A stretch of DNA of 64,000 nucleotides from a virus. Taxonomy: Duplodnaviria; Caudoviricetes. The DNA lies in IMG/VR virus record IMGVR_UViG_3300032007_000067, positions 13,218-77,217 of that record; one strand, 5' to 3'. Positions 1 through 11,016 of the stretch are shown piece after piece. The position numbers and the translations under genes are program-made. The notes beneath the pieces are model-generated. The model made no database searches. It was not told where the DNA came from and saw only the letters and a program-made list of their open reading frames with translations. Each line of letters begins with the position of its first letter. Within the stretch, counting starts at the first letter, position 1.

Positions 1-31
1 TAAGGCAAACCGTAATTTCTCATAAATCTGT

Positions 32-307
32 TTACTGCCCCGTTGCTTTCCTGATAATCACTATCTTCATTAACCGCTGGTAAAGTTCTTTATCAGCCTT
101 TCTCACCACCGGATCCAGTTTGTTCACCACGGGCATCAGGCTTTCTTTGTACTGTCCGTGAACCAATACCTCTAAAAGATCTCCTGCCTGTTTTTCGTCA
201 AGCTCCAAAATCACTTTTCTTTTCACCGTTCGGGTTCCGGAAATTACCTGAGCCGCTGTCATGGTAATTGTCATTAACAACCTCTCTGATCCAATAATTT
301 GTAACAT
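32..307 (-). CDS. hypothetical protein
   Basis: 91-aa ORF co-oriented with and overlapping the primase gene end; start uncertain. Confidence 0.5.
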   Translation of the reverse strand: MLQIIGSERLLMTITMTAAQVISGTRTVKRKVILELDEKQAGDLLEVLVHGQYKESLMPVVNKLDPVVRKADKELYQRLMKIVIIRKATGQ

Positions 308-3279
308 GCGCCCTTTGTTTTGAATACATTGAAAGCCATACCCTTGCTCACAAGTTCAAGACTTCCGTCAGTGCATAATCTTTCCAAAGTGCTGTTTATT
401 GCTTTTGTGTAACCTAAACGATACTTTGAAAACACTTTCTGTTTACTCAGAACAAAATGCAAATACTTTAAAGGAATAATCCTCGTATCCTTCATCTTTT
501 TGATAACATCTCCGCTTAAATTTGTCGCATTGCATAAGGATACAATCGCTTTTTCACGCACAAACGTCTTACAGGCATCCAAAACTGCCGCCGCCATTGT
601 CTGCTCATTATTCATCGTCAAATTCGTTTCGCCTGAGATAATCATATTATACACATTTGCAATATCAAGCATGACAAGTCGCATCGCCCATGCCATGTGC
701 TGTATGTTAATCTTAGGTGAGGTATGATTCTGTGATACGGCACACACACCCGCCAATTTCAGAACTTTAAGCTGACACCGGTTCCATGCCTGCCGGTAAT
801 ATTCCGCATCTCCCGCTGCATCCAGCATTTCAAGACACCAGTATTCAAGCCGGTTGTTAAATTCAATCGCTTCCTCTGTCATGCTGATTGTAACAAATCT
901 GCTCTGCCCTCCGCTTTGTCCGGAAAGCGAATCCTCATCCACACAAAGATTATACAGTTCGTCAAGTATGTAATCCGAGATCGGCATGTTGAGACCGGCA
1001 TAGTTCTGAAATACACTTTTGCCGTGGTATGTGATCGTCAGGAACCGGCTTAAAAATCCGTCCTGAGCCATTGTGGGTGTTAATGCATCGGCTAATCCGC
1101 TTATGGTTGTTTCCCCTACAAGGCTGAATCCCGGAGCGTTGACTTCTGACACATTATTTTCGGAACTTGAATAACTCATTCCGCTCAAAACATCGCCCAT
1201 TGCAGAACTTGTGTAGAGCCGAAGATATTGTCCCCGCAAGCCCTGAGCCTGAGAATCACGGGTGTTTTCAGCCATGTTGCCTAAAACCTTTCCAAACTCT
1301 TTCTGAAAGTTTACAAAACTTGCGTACACATCTACCGGAATACCGAAGTTATTCTGTTTCTGCCCCGTTACCGCTCCCGCTTCCTGAGCGCATCTTTTTA
1401 CAAGTGCCTGAGCCGAAACAAAATCATCGTCTATCACATGACGCTTTAACCGGCAATTCGGATAACGCTGTTTCATCTGATACACAAGATCGTTTTTGGT
1501 TGTGTGAAGTCCCTCTTTTCCGATACCCGAACGGGCACATAGGATTATGTAATTGTTTAATCCGGCACATGTAGGTAACTGCCACATTTTTCCCACAATT
1601 CCGCTCATTATCGCAATCACGCTCGCCAGACTTACCTCCAGCACGGGTTTGATTCTGCTTGCATAACTCCACTTTGTGAGTTCATATATAAGTCCGGAAC
1701 TTACCGGCGGTACAATAAGAGCATTGTTTTCTGAGATGTTAAATCCCTTTGTGCAGATATAACCTTTGTCCAAAAGGCGTTTGTAGCTTGTTTCCGCATC
1801 GGAATAAAACGGTACATAATCCGAACTCGGTATCACATTGATCTTTTTAAGCTGTTCTACCACCCCGCAGGCAATCAGCGTATCCGCAAACAAAGTCGGC
1901 AAATCGTATTCAGGATCCGTTTTTTCATTCTGCCACCGTGAATTGACAAGAATCGTCTCCGGATCCACGTTAAGATATTTTTTGTTTATGAGTTCATCAA
2001 CAAGGGCTTTCTTTTCAGCTTCTTTTTCTATTTCCTCGCTTTCGTAATTTCCGGAGATATCAATGTTGTTCAGAATTTCCGTTTCGGTCTTGTCATCGGA
2101 AAATGGAAGTTCATATTCCACATTTTCATCAGCCCTTACCCTTTCCACAATTCTGTTTACATAATCAAGTCTTGTGGCTTTCGGACGTTTTGCAAGTTCC
2201 GACTGAGCAAAAATTCCTTTCATGACATCGGCGTTATCGCAATATCTCACCACAATGGAAAACAGGGCGAAATCCGCTTCTGAACGTGAAGGGAAGGTGA
2301 TTTTGTATTCGGGGTTACATACCATTTTGTCAGGATCGGTATAGTCGTAATTGCACCGGTTATTGAATAAGTCTAAAAAGTTTTCACAGTCCGGCGAATT
2401 AAAGATCTCGCAAAGCGTCCAGTTGATCAGACTTCCTAAATCCTCGCTCCCTGACAGTTTTATTTCCATCTCCGGATCTGCTGTACTTTCCGATACGGGT
2501 TTTTTCAGAAGCGCACAGAGTTCGTCAATTTCCTTTTGCCGTTCCTCAATAACTTTCGTTCCGCCCTCCACTATATTCTCCGTCATTACGGCAAAACGAT
2601 CCTGAGAATACAGTTCAAACCCTACAATACCAAGATCCTTGTGAACCTTGCCAGATCTGATCCCGCTTGCTCCGGTCTTGCTTGAATTGGGATACTTTAC
2701 AGGATCAATACTGCCCCGCACGATTACATGATAACCCAAACCTGACACGCTTCTTTCGGTATAGCTGTTAAACTTTGAGATCCATTCATCCTGATACGCT
2801 ATTTCAGATTGAGTGATACCGTCTTTCCGGTCAAAGTCTATGATTGTGATTCCGAGATCCTTTGTGAATACAAAACCCATGCAGAACTGAGAATCCCTTT
2901 TGATCGGAAACAGCATAATACTGTTCCGGCAGATCTTGTCAGCCGCTGCATAGGTGAGCCATGTCTTTTTAAAATTTTCCGTTGCTCCGGTATTTGCAAG
3001 ATCTCCGGAATAGGTTTTATTTCCCTTTTCATTCACAGTGCTGGTGTATTGCAACCACAAATCATCACCGTTCTGAATGTAATCCTCATTTCCCGGCTCA
3101 AAATAGTCAGGATAAAGTTTTTTGACCTTTTCGATCCATTTCTTTGATACCACAACCGGAATCTTTTCTCCGGTTTTCCCGAAACATAAGCACCATTGTG
3201 GGGTGTTTTCAATATCCTGTAATGTCTGTATTCTTTCGCTCATATCAGCCTCTTTAAGCCCTGCTGTGTCCGGTAGCAT
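274..3279 (-). CDS. primase-polymerase/helicase fusion (NrS-1-like PrimPol N-terminus, DUF3987-like C-terminal NTPase)
   Basis: IIDFD, YTERSVSGLGYHV and ELYSQDRF PrimPol-type motifs; SRSEADFAL helical domain; P-loop-like LCARSGIGKE in the C-terminal half. True start may be the second Met (MSERIQ). Confidence 0.8.
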   Translation of the reverse strand: MLPDTAGLKEADMSERIQTLQDIENTPQWCLCFGKTGEKIPVVVSKKWIEKVKKLYPDYFEPGNEDYIQNGDDLWLQYTSTVNEKGNKTYSGDLANTGATENFKKTWLTYAAADKICRNSIMLFPIKRDSQFCMGFVFTKDLGITIIDFDRKDGITQSEIAYQDEWISKFNSYTERSVSGLGYHVIVRGSIDPVKYPNSSKTGASGIRSGKVHKDLGIVGFELYSQDRFAVMTENIVEGGTKVIEERQKEIDELCALLKKPVSESTADPEMEIKLSGSEDLGSLINWTLCEIFNSPDCENFLDLFNNRCNYDYTDPDKMVCNPEYKITFPSRSEADFALFSIVVRYCDNADVMKGIFAQSELAKRPKATRLDYVNRIVERVRADENVEYELPFSDDKTETEILNNIDISGNYESEEIEKEAEKKALVDELINKKYLNVDPETILVNSRWQNEKTDPEYDLPTLFADTLIACGVVEQLKKINVIPSSDYVPFYSDAETSYKRLLDKGYICTKGFNISENNALIVPPVSSGLIYELTKWSYASRIKPVLEVSLASVIAIMSGIVGKMWQLPTCAGLNNYIILCARSGIGKEGLHTTKNDLVYQMKQRYPNCRLKRHVIDDDFVSAQALVKRCAQEAGAVTGQKQNNFGIPVDVYASFVNFQKEFGKVLGNMAENTRDSQAQGLRGQYLRLYTSSAMGDVLSGMSYSSSENNVSEVNAPGFSLVGETTISGLADALTPTMAQDGFLSRFLTITYHGKSVFQNYAGLNMPISDYILDELYNLCVDEDSLSGQSGGQSRFVTISMTEEAIEFNNRLEYWCLEMLDAAGDAEYYRQAWNRCQLKVLKLAGVCAVSQNHTSPKINIQHMAWAMRLVMLDIANVYNMIISGETNLTMNNEQTMAAAVLDACKTFVREKAIVSLCNATNLSGDVIKKMKDTRIIPLKYLHFVLSKQKVFSKYRLGYTKAINSTLERLCTDGSLELVSKGMAFNVFKTKGACYKLLDQRGC

Positions 3280-4927
3280 TACCGCTTATGGTTGAACCGT
3301 CAAAATCATAGGAAACAATTCTATTATACCCGCCGGACGTTTTTACAGTAATCGCTTTCGGTTCCCGCATTTTTCCGCTCAGGCACATCACGAGAAGCTC
3401 CTGCGTGTTTTTCGGTATATACCCGTCCCTGCTCCGTATCCTGATCCATTCTTTTGCGGCGGTGGCAAAAAATGATTTTTCACTTTCTATGTTTATCCAG
3501 TCTTTTGCAACTGTCTGTATTCCGCTCCGGTATTCAACCAAAACCTGAACGCCGTTTTTGGTCTGAATTTTTGCATATTTTACATGAGTTACCTCAACTG
3601 TCTTTTCCGTTTCCTGTTTTTGTTTCCGTTTTATGATCTCGTCCAAACTTGCATGAGCAGTCAGCTTGGTTTCAGTCGGAAATTCATAGTTACATGCCGG
3701 ACAGAATTTTGCGCTTGCCGGAGCATAACAGTTACATTTCGGACATACCTTGACCGGGGCCGTACCCTCGCCATCATCACGTTTTTTGCCGGATTTCTTT
3801 TTTGGCTGTAACGGATCGTTGATACAACCTAATCTTGCCACATTGCCCGCAAAATCAAGAATGAGACAGTTTTCCTTGTTCGGAGAATATCTTATTCCCC
3901 TTCCGCAAGCCTGAATATACAGACTTACGCTCTGCGTGGGTCTCAGCATTACAAGACAGTCAATATCCGGGTAATTAAATCCGGTGCTTAACACATTCAC
4001 GTTCGCAACCGCTCTGTATTTTCCGCTTTTGAATCCGTCTATGCGTTCCCGCCTTGTGGTCATGTCAAGATCACCGCTTATTACAGTGCTTGTAATTCCC
4101 GCCTTGTTCAGATATTCCACAACATGTTTTGCATGTTCAACGCCGGTGCAGAATATGAGCCAGTGTTTCCGGTCTTTTGCAAGCTGAATTGTTTCGTTAA
4201 GAGCCTGTCTCGTTACGGCATCAGTATCAACCGCCGCCTGTAATTCCTTTTCCACATATTCCCCGCCCCGAATTTTTACATTGCTGACATCGATCTGAAA
4301 TTCCGGCCTTCTCGGAATCGCATCGCACATGTAATTGTTCCGTATCAGCCAGTCAAACGTTTCCACGGTACACATGTTGTAAACAATATCATCAAAAATT
4401 CCGTTTTCGGTTATCCACCCGCAGTCAAGCCTGAACGGGGTTCCGGTAAAACCCACAACCTTTAATTTCGGATTGATTTCCTTTAATCCGGCAATAAGTC
4501 TCCGGTATGTTGTTTCTTCTTTTGCCGGTACTAAATGACATTCGTCAATTACAAGACAGTTTACCTTACCGAACTTTTTATACGTTTCAGGCTTGGCAAT
4601 ACTCTGCACACCACAACAAATAATTCTGTTATCGGTCTGCTTTTTATTCAGACTTGCAGAATACACTCCTAACGGCGCACCCGGCCAAAAATCCACAATA
4701 GCCTCATAATCCTGCTCTATCAGTTCTTTGACGTGAGTAATGACAAGTACCTTGCTCATACGGGTTCCGAACTTGTCATAACAGCGTTTGATAAAGCCCG
4801 CCATTGTGGGAGACTTTCCGGAACCTACCGGCATAACAACCACCGGATTCCCACGGTTTGCAGTTTTTTGCCAGTATTTGAAAATACTGTTGATAGCTTC
4901 TTCCTGATACGGCCTTAATGTGATCAT
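3254..4927 (-). CDS. superfamily II DEAD/DEAH-box helicase (RadD/UvsW-like)
   Basis: LRPYQ Q-motif, GSGKS Walker A, IDECH, TGTP, LSTGFNYP, QACGRGIR; C-terminal Zn finger CPKC..CPAC. Confidence 0.93.
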   Translation of the reverse strand: MITLRPYQEEAINSIFKYWQKTANRGNPVVVMPVGSGKSPTMAGFIKRCYDKFGTRMSKVLVITHVKELIEQDYEAIVDFWPGAPLGVYSASLNKKQTDNRIICCGVQSIAKPETYKKFGKVNCLVIDECHLVPAKEETTYRRLIAGLKEINPKLKVVGFTGTPFRLDCGWITENGIFDDIVYNMCTVETFDWLIRNNYMCDAIPRRPEFQIDVSNVKIRGGEYVEKELQAAVDTDAVTRQALNETIQLAKDRKHWLIFCTGVEHAKHVVEYLNKAGITSTVISGDLDMTTRRERIDGFKSGKYRAVANVNVLSTGFNYPDIDCLVMLRPTQSVSLYIQACGRGIRYSPNKENCLILDFAGNVARLGCINDPLQPKKKSGKKRDDGEGTAPVKVCPKCNCYAPASAKFCPACNYEFPTETKLTAHASLDEIIKRKQKQETEKTVEVTHVKYAKIQTKNGVQVLVEYRSGIQTVAKDWINIESEKSFFATAAKEWIRIRSRDGYIPKNTQELLVMCLSGKMREPKAITVKTSGGYNRIVSYDFDGSTISGNATGHSRA

Positions 4928-6024
4928 GCCGTTTCCTCCTTGTTTTCAGTCATTTTGAAGTCTATTCCCATATAACAATCCTCCGAGAATTTATCCCCGC
5001 CCATTGCACAAGACAGTTCACCGTTCTCACAATTCTGCATCATGCATGTACGGCAATTATGGCTTAATTCCCTGTTTCCGTAACAGAAATCCGAAAATCC
5101 GCACATTTTGCAGATATAGTAAGATTCACGGTCTGAAATGCCGTCAGGAAGAATTTTGTTGTTGCAGATCTCCGGGACCCGTGCAAGCATTTGTTCTGCA
5201 ATGAGATCGTTTCTTTTAACTATAACACCGTGGATATCGTCATTGTTTTTATTTACCGCTAAAAACAACGTATGTTCGATTCTTTGTGATTTTAAGTCCT
5301 TTGTCTTGTCCTGTATCAGACTTGTGAAAATCTCATGCGTATCAGCGTATATGTTCATGCAATGCATATTCACATGGCATTGTCTTTCGTACTGCGGAAA
5401 TTCCCCAATTCCTCTCGCCACAAAATTATCAAAATTTTTGTCGTTCATGGTTTTAAATTCGAGCATGACAATCTCATTCTCGCAATCCGGGATGTTGTAA
5501 GCCAGTCCGTCAATACTCCCTGCAAAAATCCCGTTTTTATACCCGAACTGCCTTCCGTCCCCCCGGTCATTCCATACCTCAATCCCCGCCTGTTCAAGCA
5601 ACGCCAGAATCCTTGCTTCTTCCAAATGTCCCCGGTTCCACAATCTTATCAGACGTGCAGAAGGCTGTGATTCCCTTGTTCTGAATCCGAGCCATACCTT
5701 TCTCAGACAATCCCCGCCGATCTGACTTGCTCCCAAATGATCTCTTAATTCCCCTGAATCCGCTTTCCATGCGTCCGAGATCTGTCCGAACCATTTCTTT
5801 TCACATTCTTTGAATTTCTTTCCGTTGTCTTTTTCAATCCCTTTGTCAATGAGATCAAGCGTTTTTTCAGCCACATGATCAAACAGACTTCCCAGCTTTT
5901 TTACCTTCATACCACACCTTGTCAAACTACCGTTGATGCCGTTGATATCACTTGACACCACCCTGTAAAACCCTAATAAAAAAGGCAACGTTACTTCCCT
6001 GTAAACATTGCCTTTCTCTCCCAC
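4924..6024 (-). CDS. Cas4-like PD-(D/E)XK exonuclease
   Basis: HLGASQIGGDCLRK, GSIDG, LEFKT, QCHVNM motifs; C-terminal CKMCGFSDFC cysteine cluster. Confidence 0.82.
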   Translation of the reverse strand: MGEKGNVYREVTLPFLLGFYRVVSSDINGINGSLTRCGMKVKKLGSLFDHVAEKTLDLIDKGIEKDNGKKFKECEKKWFGQISDAWKADSGELRDHLGASQIGGDCLRKVWLGFRTRESQPSARLIRLWNRGHLEEARILALLEQAGIEVWNDRGDGRQFGYKNGIFAGSIDGLAYNIPDCENEIVMLEFKTMNDKNFDNFVARGIGEFPQYERQCHVNMHCMNIYADTHEIFTSLIQDKTKDLKSQRIEHTLFLAVNKNNDDIHGVIVKRNDLIAEQMLARVPEICNNKILPDGISDRESYYICKMCGFSDFCYGNRELSHNCRTCMMQNCENGELSCAMGGDKFSEDCYMGIDFKMTENKEETA

Positions 6025-6042
6025 GCTATAAATTATAGCACA

Positions 6043-6849
6043 TCAGAACGGCAGATCATCTTCTGCAACCATATCCGGTTCTTCCTGAACGGGAGCGGGA
6101 GCCGGTTTCGGAGCTGGTCTTGCGACCGGTTTCGGTGCAGGCTTGGGAGCCGGTCTCGGCGTAGTCTTTACCGCCGGTTTGGACGCTTTTTGTTCCATAG
6201 CTTTAAGCGCATCCGTAGATTCCTGTTCCTTTGCAATTCGCTGTTTGAGGTAAGCGTATGCCTTGCCGATATCCTTTGCCGGAACCTGAGCCGGATCTGC
6301 GCCTTTCTTTTCGATTAACCACTTTTCCCTTGCGGAACGCTTCTCAGTGTCAAAGAGATTAAACACAGTATAGTTCGCATATACCTTGCCGTTCGGAGCC
6401 TCGTAATCCCCCGCTTTTCTCAGCACCGTGGCAATAAGCTGAAATTCGTTTGCACACAGACCTTCGTATTTATACATGGGATTACCCTGACCGTCCAGCA
6501 CGTCCTCGCCATCCTTGTTCGTGATTTTGGTTTCCACAAGTCCGGAGCCGTTACCGGTCAGGAAACAAAGTTCCTTTGTCTTGCTGAAATACTTATCACT
6601 GGGTTCAACGGAATAACTACTGCTGAATTTTCCAATCGGTTCATTCCCGTCATTGTCCAAAGCAACAAAGGTGCAGGAAATTGCATCGCCATTACTTCTA
6701 TGCACAAGAATTGCGCTTGCGATAAAGCACTTATAAAGTCCGGATTCAACCCATTCAAGATCATCAGTCTTGGTAAAACCGCCGCCAACGCCCTTTTCAA
6801 GGGATTCTTCAAATTCACTGTCATTGTCAAGATCAAGTTCGAGATTCAT
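6043..6849 (-). CDS. putative ssDNA-binding protein
   Basis: Lies between recombinase and exonuclease; Pro/Ala/Lys linker and acidic DDLPF C-terminal tail typical of SSBs. Confidence 0.6.
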   Translation of the reverse strand: MNLELDLDNDSEFEESLEKGVGGGFTKTDDLEWVESGLYKCFIASAILVHRSNGDAISCTFVALDNDGNEPIGKFSSSYSVEPSDKYFSKTKELCFLTGNGSGLVETKITNKDGEDVLDGQGNPMYKYEGLCANEFQLIATVLRKAGDYEAPNGKVYANYTVFNLFDTEKRSAREKWLIEKKGADPAQVPAKDIGKAYAYLKQRIAKEQESTDALKAMEQKASKPAVKTTPRPAPKPAPKPVARPAPKPAPAPVQEEPDMVAEDDLPF

Positions 6850-6904
6850 AAAAATTCCTTTGTAAAACCTTTAAATCAAGTTCGTTAATTATATAGCAAT
6901 CCGG

Positions 6905-7825
6905 TTATTCTGTTACCGTTTCGCTTACCGTTTCAATAACTCCTGTTTCCGTTTCTGTATTTTCCTCCTTGTTTTCAGTTTCGAGTTCTTTCAGTTCAGC
7001 CTTCCGGTCTGCAAACATTTTTACCACAGCCTGAGCATTTTCCGGTTCAATCCGGTTTTTGATCTGAATGTAGTATTTTCCGAGATCCTTTTCCGACTGA
7101 ATCCCTTTTAATCCTCCGCAAATATCCTCCACACTCATGGCAGTTTCAATCTTCTGAGGAATTTCCGGTCTTTTGACTTCTTCGGCAGTTACCGTTTTTC
7201 TCACTTTTGCCACAGCCACCACATCAGAATAACTTCCGGTAGCAGTTGTAGGCATGTCATACGCTTCTTCAGTGGTGATAAGACCGTGTAAAAGATCGGG
7301 GAATACATCACGATAGGCAAATCCCCTTGCCCGCATCTGAGCCATGCGTTTCGGGTATTGTTTCCATACCCCTTTACCCCACAATCCGGCTACTTTAGCA
7401 TCATCAAAGCTGAATGTACGGGTTTCCTCCCCGGCAACGTCTTTACGCTCAACTGTGCAAACCGCCGTCATGGTTTCCTCGTCAAAATATTCAACCTTTT
7501 TCTTCAAAAATCCCGAACTGTAAATTATCGCATTGATCGCATCACCGTAAATGCTCATGTGGCCATTTACATTCATGCAATGAGTCAGAGCCATTTCCGG
7601 AGAAAGTCCTAAAGCCTTGCCGTAAGAGATCACCGCCATCGCCTTGTTAAGACTCTCCTCGCTGATCTGCGTACATTCCTTGTCCTTTTCATTGACTTTT
7701 ATGTCAAGATAAGACTTCGGTAAAACTCCGTTCTCAAACATGAATTTCAGTTTTTCCCGGAAATCCTTAACTTCGTCAACACTCTGATCCACAAAAGTGG
7801 GCTGTGCAAGTTCGTTTTGTTTCAT
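6905..7825 (-). CDS. RecT/Red-beta family single-strand annealing protein
   Basis: GLSPEMAL..MNVNG, WKQYPKRMAQMRARGFAYRDVFPDLLHGL..EEAYD motif. Confidence 0.82.
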   Translation of the reverse strand: MKQNELAQPTFVDQSVDEVKDFREKLKFMFENGVLPKSYLDIKVNEKDKECTQISEESLNKAMAVISYGKALGLSPEMALTHCMNVNGHMSIYGDAINAIIYSSGFLKKKVEYFDEETMTAVCTVERKDVAGEETRTFSFDDAKVAGLWGKGVWKQYPKRMAQMRARGFAYRDVFPDLLHGLITTEEAYDMPTTATGSYSDVVAVAKVRKTVTAEEVKRPEIPQKIETAMSVEDICGGLKGIQSEKDLGKYYIQIKNRIEPENAQAVVKMFADRKAELKELETENKEENTETETGVIETVSETVTE

Positions 7826-7840
7826 GATTATTTATCCTTG

Positions 7841-8599
7841 TTAATCAACAACTACATCGCCGTTACTGCTTACGTCAGGAATAACCTCCCCGCCGTCCTT
7901 AATATAATTCTTATACACCAGTTTTTTCAGGTTCATGATTTTGCGCTGCATGACCGTGGAATTAAGACATGCCATTGCGTCAAAAAACAGTTCCCGATCC
8001 GTTGCATCAGGATAGATATCCTTTAACTCTTTCAGACAGTTAATAATTTGTCTCGGAACATACTTACTCCGAAAACTGAACACCGCCCGAAACAGGTTAA
8101 TCGCCCTTATATCAAGAAAAGTATTCGCTTTCAGCTTTTGCGCTATGACAAACAACTGTTTCCGAGGCGTATCTTTTTGCAATTCTTCTTCTATTGCCGA
8201 TACTGCGTCTGTTGTACTGACATCAATACCAAATTTATTTGCAAGAATTTCACAGAACTCCATGTTTTTCAGCAAAATATTTTGCCTTCCCGCAAAACAA
8301 TACAGCCGGTTGTTCGCCACTGTCTGACATTGATCCGTATAAACTTCCACGGGAATACGCTTAAACACACCCTTTTCGTTCATAAGTTCGGGATGCTGTG
8401 CCAGAGTCCGGAGAACGTTTAACTGTACACAGATCCGATAAGGAAGCGCACCGTTCACCGAAATAAAATACCTGCCTTTATCGTCCTGTTCGTTCTCATA
8501 AATGAGAGCCACGTTGATCGGGATATATTCATCGTCCTTTGCAACTTTCATTGCAAGAACAACGGCGTTTTCATAGGTGATCATATACTCACCTCCCAC
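7841..8599 (-). CDS. hypothetical protein
   Basis: 252-aa ORF in operon, SD-like GGAGGTGAG upstream of the internal Met (MITYEN). Confidence 0.7.
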   Translation of the reverse strand: MGGEYMITYENAVVLAMKVAKDDEYIPINVALIYENEQDDKGRYFISVNGALPYRICVQLNVLRTLAQHPELMNEKGVFKRIPVEVYTDQCQTVANNRLYCFAGRQNILLKNMEFCEILANKFGIDVSTTDAVSAIEEELQKDTPRKQLFVIAQKLKANTFLDIRAINLFRAVFSFRSKYVPRQIINCLKELKDIYPDATDRELFFDAMACLNSTVMQRKIMNLKKLVYKNYIKDGGEVIPDVSSNGDVVVD

Positions 8600-9042
8600 G
8601 ATTCGTTAATTTCAGGCACGTTAGCCACCGGATTTTTTTCAAGGCGTTTGTCAATTTTCATGTCGAACAGCACCGGATCTTTGTTACATTTTGACCAGTA
8701 AATATACAGGGTATTCTTCTGTAACCCGGTCATGTTACTGAGTTCGGTTGCGGTATATTCTCTGCCATGATAACGCAAATGACTGTAAGATTTCACCTTA
8801 CTTCTGCTGACATGTGAGGGAGTGTATATCACATTGTTACGAACCCATGTTCTGATATAATCAGGATCTACAAGTTCCACAAAGTCTCTTGACTGTTCGG
8901 GGGTACAGCCCTGATCGCCTTTTGCATTTAACTGCTTGCATACCACGAGATATATGTCTGCAAAGTCTAGTCCTTGCTGACCGGCGGTTTTTGCCAGTTC
9001 CGGAGTTAATGCCCATGCGTATGCTCTTGGATCTGTTTTCAT
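8581..9042 (-). CDS. hypothetical protein with C-terminal HTH-like repeat
   Basis: Start reassigned to MKTDP (AAAGGA SD); LRYHGREYTATELSNMTGLQKNTLY resembles the repeats at 14.9-17.2 kb. Confidence 0.6.
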   Translation of the reverse strand: MKTDPRAYAWALTPELAKTAGQQGLDFADIYLVVCKQLNAKGDQGCTPEQSRDFVELVDPDYIRTWVRNNVIYTPSHVSRSKVKSYSHLRYHGREYTATELSNMTGLQKNTLYIYWSKCNKDPVLFDMKIDKRLEKNPVANVPEINESWEVSI

Positions 9043-9189
9043 TACAATTCCTTTAAAAGTTATACGATTTAAAACACTATTATTTTCAAATTTTCTTTTA
9101 CTGCTTTTCAAAATTTGTATAAAAGTGTTTGTTCACGTTTCTATAATACTACCTGTTAATCACCTTGTATAGCAAAAAATCGCTTTTCT

Positions 9190-9681
9190 TCAAAAACTGC
9201 GATCATTCTCAAATTTTGCCCGATACTCGCATACGGTTCTGATCACCTCGTCAATTTTCAAAGTCTGATAATATCTGGCTTCCTTCTCAGCATACGGCTT
9301 TATCAGTTCAAACTTTTCAGGGTTTGCCCGATATTCAAGCAGTTTGTTCATGTTGAAATACTGTACCGCTTTTCCCGGTTCCCTGATACCGACAGAATGA
9401 TCCCAGCCCCTCATTTCCCGAAGTTTGATCCAGTCATTCCGTACCACACATTCGCAATACGCAATATTTGACAGAATCACAGGACGAACCTTTTTCAGCT
9501 TTTCCGCAAGTCCGACCACCTGATTATAAGACCAGTCCTGAACACCATTTGCGATAAAGGTAATAGAAGAACTGGTGATCCACCCTTTGAAGAAATCCTT
9601 TTTCTTCTGCTCGGAAAGAGCCGCAATCTTGTTTAAAGTCTCCCGTGAAAACAGGAAAAGATCATCGTTTTCGTTTTGCAT
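9190..9681 (-). CDS. hypothetical protein
   Basis: ORF with GAGAGG SD before MQNEND. Confidence 0.6.
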   Translation of the reverse strand: MQNENDDLFLFSRETLNKIAALSEQKKKDFFKGWITSSSITFIANGVQDWSYNQVVGLAEKLKKVRPVILSNIAYCECVVRNDWIKLREMRGWDHSVGIREPGKAVQYFNMNKLLEYRANPEKFELIKPYAEKEARYYQTLKIDEVIRTVCEYRAKFENDRSF

Positions 9682-9885
9682 GACATACCTCTCAAAAACA
9701 CTAATAATCAGCAATCCTATCATAACGGAAAACGCACGTCATTATTTAGCGTTGTATCACAAAACAAAAATTTTTCCGTCTTTCCTGTCTGTTTTCGGTA
9801 CACTTTGTTTGTTGTTGTCTCATGCGGGTGATAGGATCTGCAATTACCCCTTTTCGGGGAAAGCAGTTTTTAAAAGGTGAATAAA

Positions 9886-11016
9886 ATGAAAGTAATAAAA
9901 AGGGACGGTTCCTCCGAAAACTGGAACCCTGATAAGATCAGACAGGCGGTGTCAAAAGCCGTTGTCAATCACGAGAACACGGAAAAAGCAGTTGCCATCG
10001 CTATCGACCGTATTCAATCCTCTTTTTGCACTATTGATGTAGAGACAATTCAGGATATTGTCGAGCAGGAATTAGGGTATAACGGCAATGTAAACACGCT
10101 CCGTAATTACGCTCATTATCGGGCTGAACGGGCGAACGTCAGAAGTGTAAATGCAATTCTGAATGATATTTACAAAAAGCAGGATTCCACTATTCTGAAT
10201 GAGAACGCAAATATTGACGGCGAGACAAACTGTGCAAAGCGTGATTTTATCGCCAGCGAGATCTGTAAACAGTGGGCTTTAACACACTTTCTTCCGAAGG
10301 ACATTGCCAACGCTCATATCCGGGGTGATATTTACATTCACGATCTCGGCTTTTCTCCCGCCGGTGGCTATATCAACTGCTGTCTTGTTAATATTAAAGA
10401 TATGCTCGAAAATGGCTTTACAATGGGAACTGCACATATCACAGAACCTAAATCCATTCGGGTTGCCACCAACGTTGTCGCTCAGATTATTACCGCTGTT
10501 TCTTCTCAGAATTATGGCGGTACGAGCGTTGATCGTATTGATGAAGTTCTTGCTCCTTACGTTGAAAAAAGCTATGAAAAGTATTGCAATGAAGTTCAGG
10601 AAGAATACGGGGATATTTGCGATGCTGATGTTAAGAAAATTGCCATGAAACGCACTGAAAAAGAATGTGAGGATGCGTTTCAGCAATTAGAATATTCCAT
10701 CAACTGCTCCCACAACTCTCACGCCCAAGTCCCGTTTGTAACATTAGGATTCGGACTGGGCGAAAGCAAGTGGGCGAAAATGATTCAGAAATGGATTCTG
10801 AACACCCGTATCAAAGGTTTGGGAAAAGAACGGAAAACCGCAATATTCCCGAAACTTGTATTTGCTCTGAAACGGGGATTAAACCTGACGCCGACAGATC
10901 CGAACTATGACATCAAACAGCTTGCATTAAAATGTTCAGCACGGAGAATGTATCCGGACATTGTAAGTTATGATAAGGTAACGGAGGTGACCGGCGGTTT
11001 TAAATTTCCGATGGGT
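9886..11016 (+). CDS. nrdD: anaerobic (class III) ribonucleoside-triphosphate reductase, exon 1
   Basis: ATP cone (KVIKRDG), NENAN, HIRGDIYIHDL, NCCL, QNYGG, IFPKL, RMYPD; ends at ..FPMG, ATG 9886 follows SD AAGGTGA. Confidence 0.95.

Noticed and set aside
4924-6024. Cas4 as evidence of a CRISPR-Cas locus
   Set aside because: No cas1/cas2 or array; the context (helicase, SSB, RecT) is that of a phage recombination exonuclease.
6085-6185. Short DNA repeats (GGAGCCGGT, CCGGTTTCGG)
   Set aside because: They encode the Pro-Ala-Pro-Lys linker of the SSB-like protein, not iterons.
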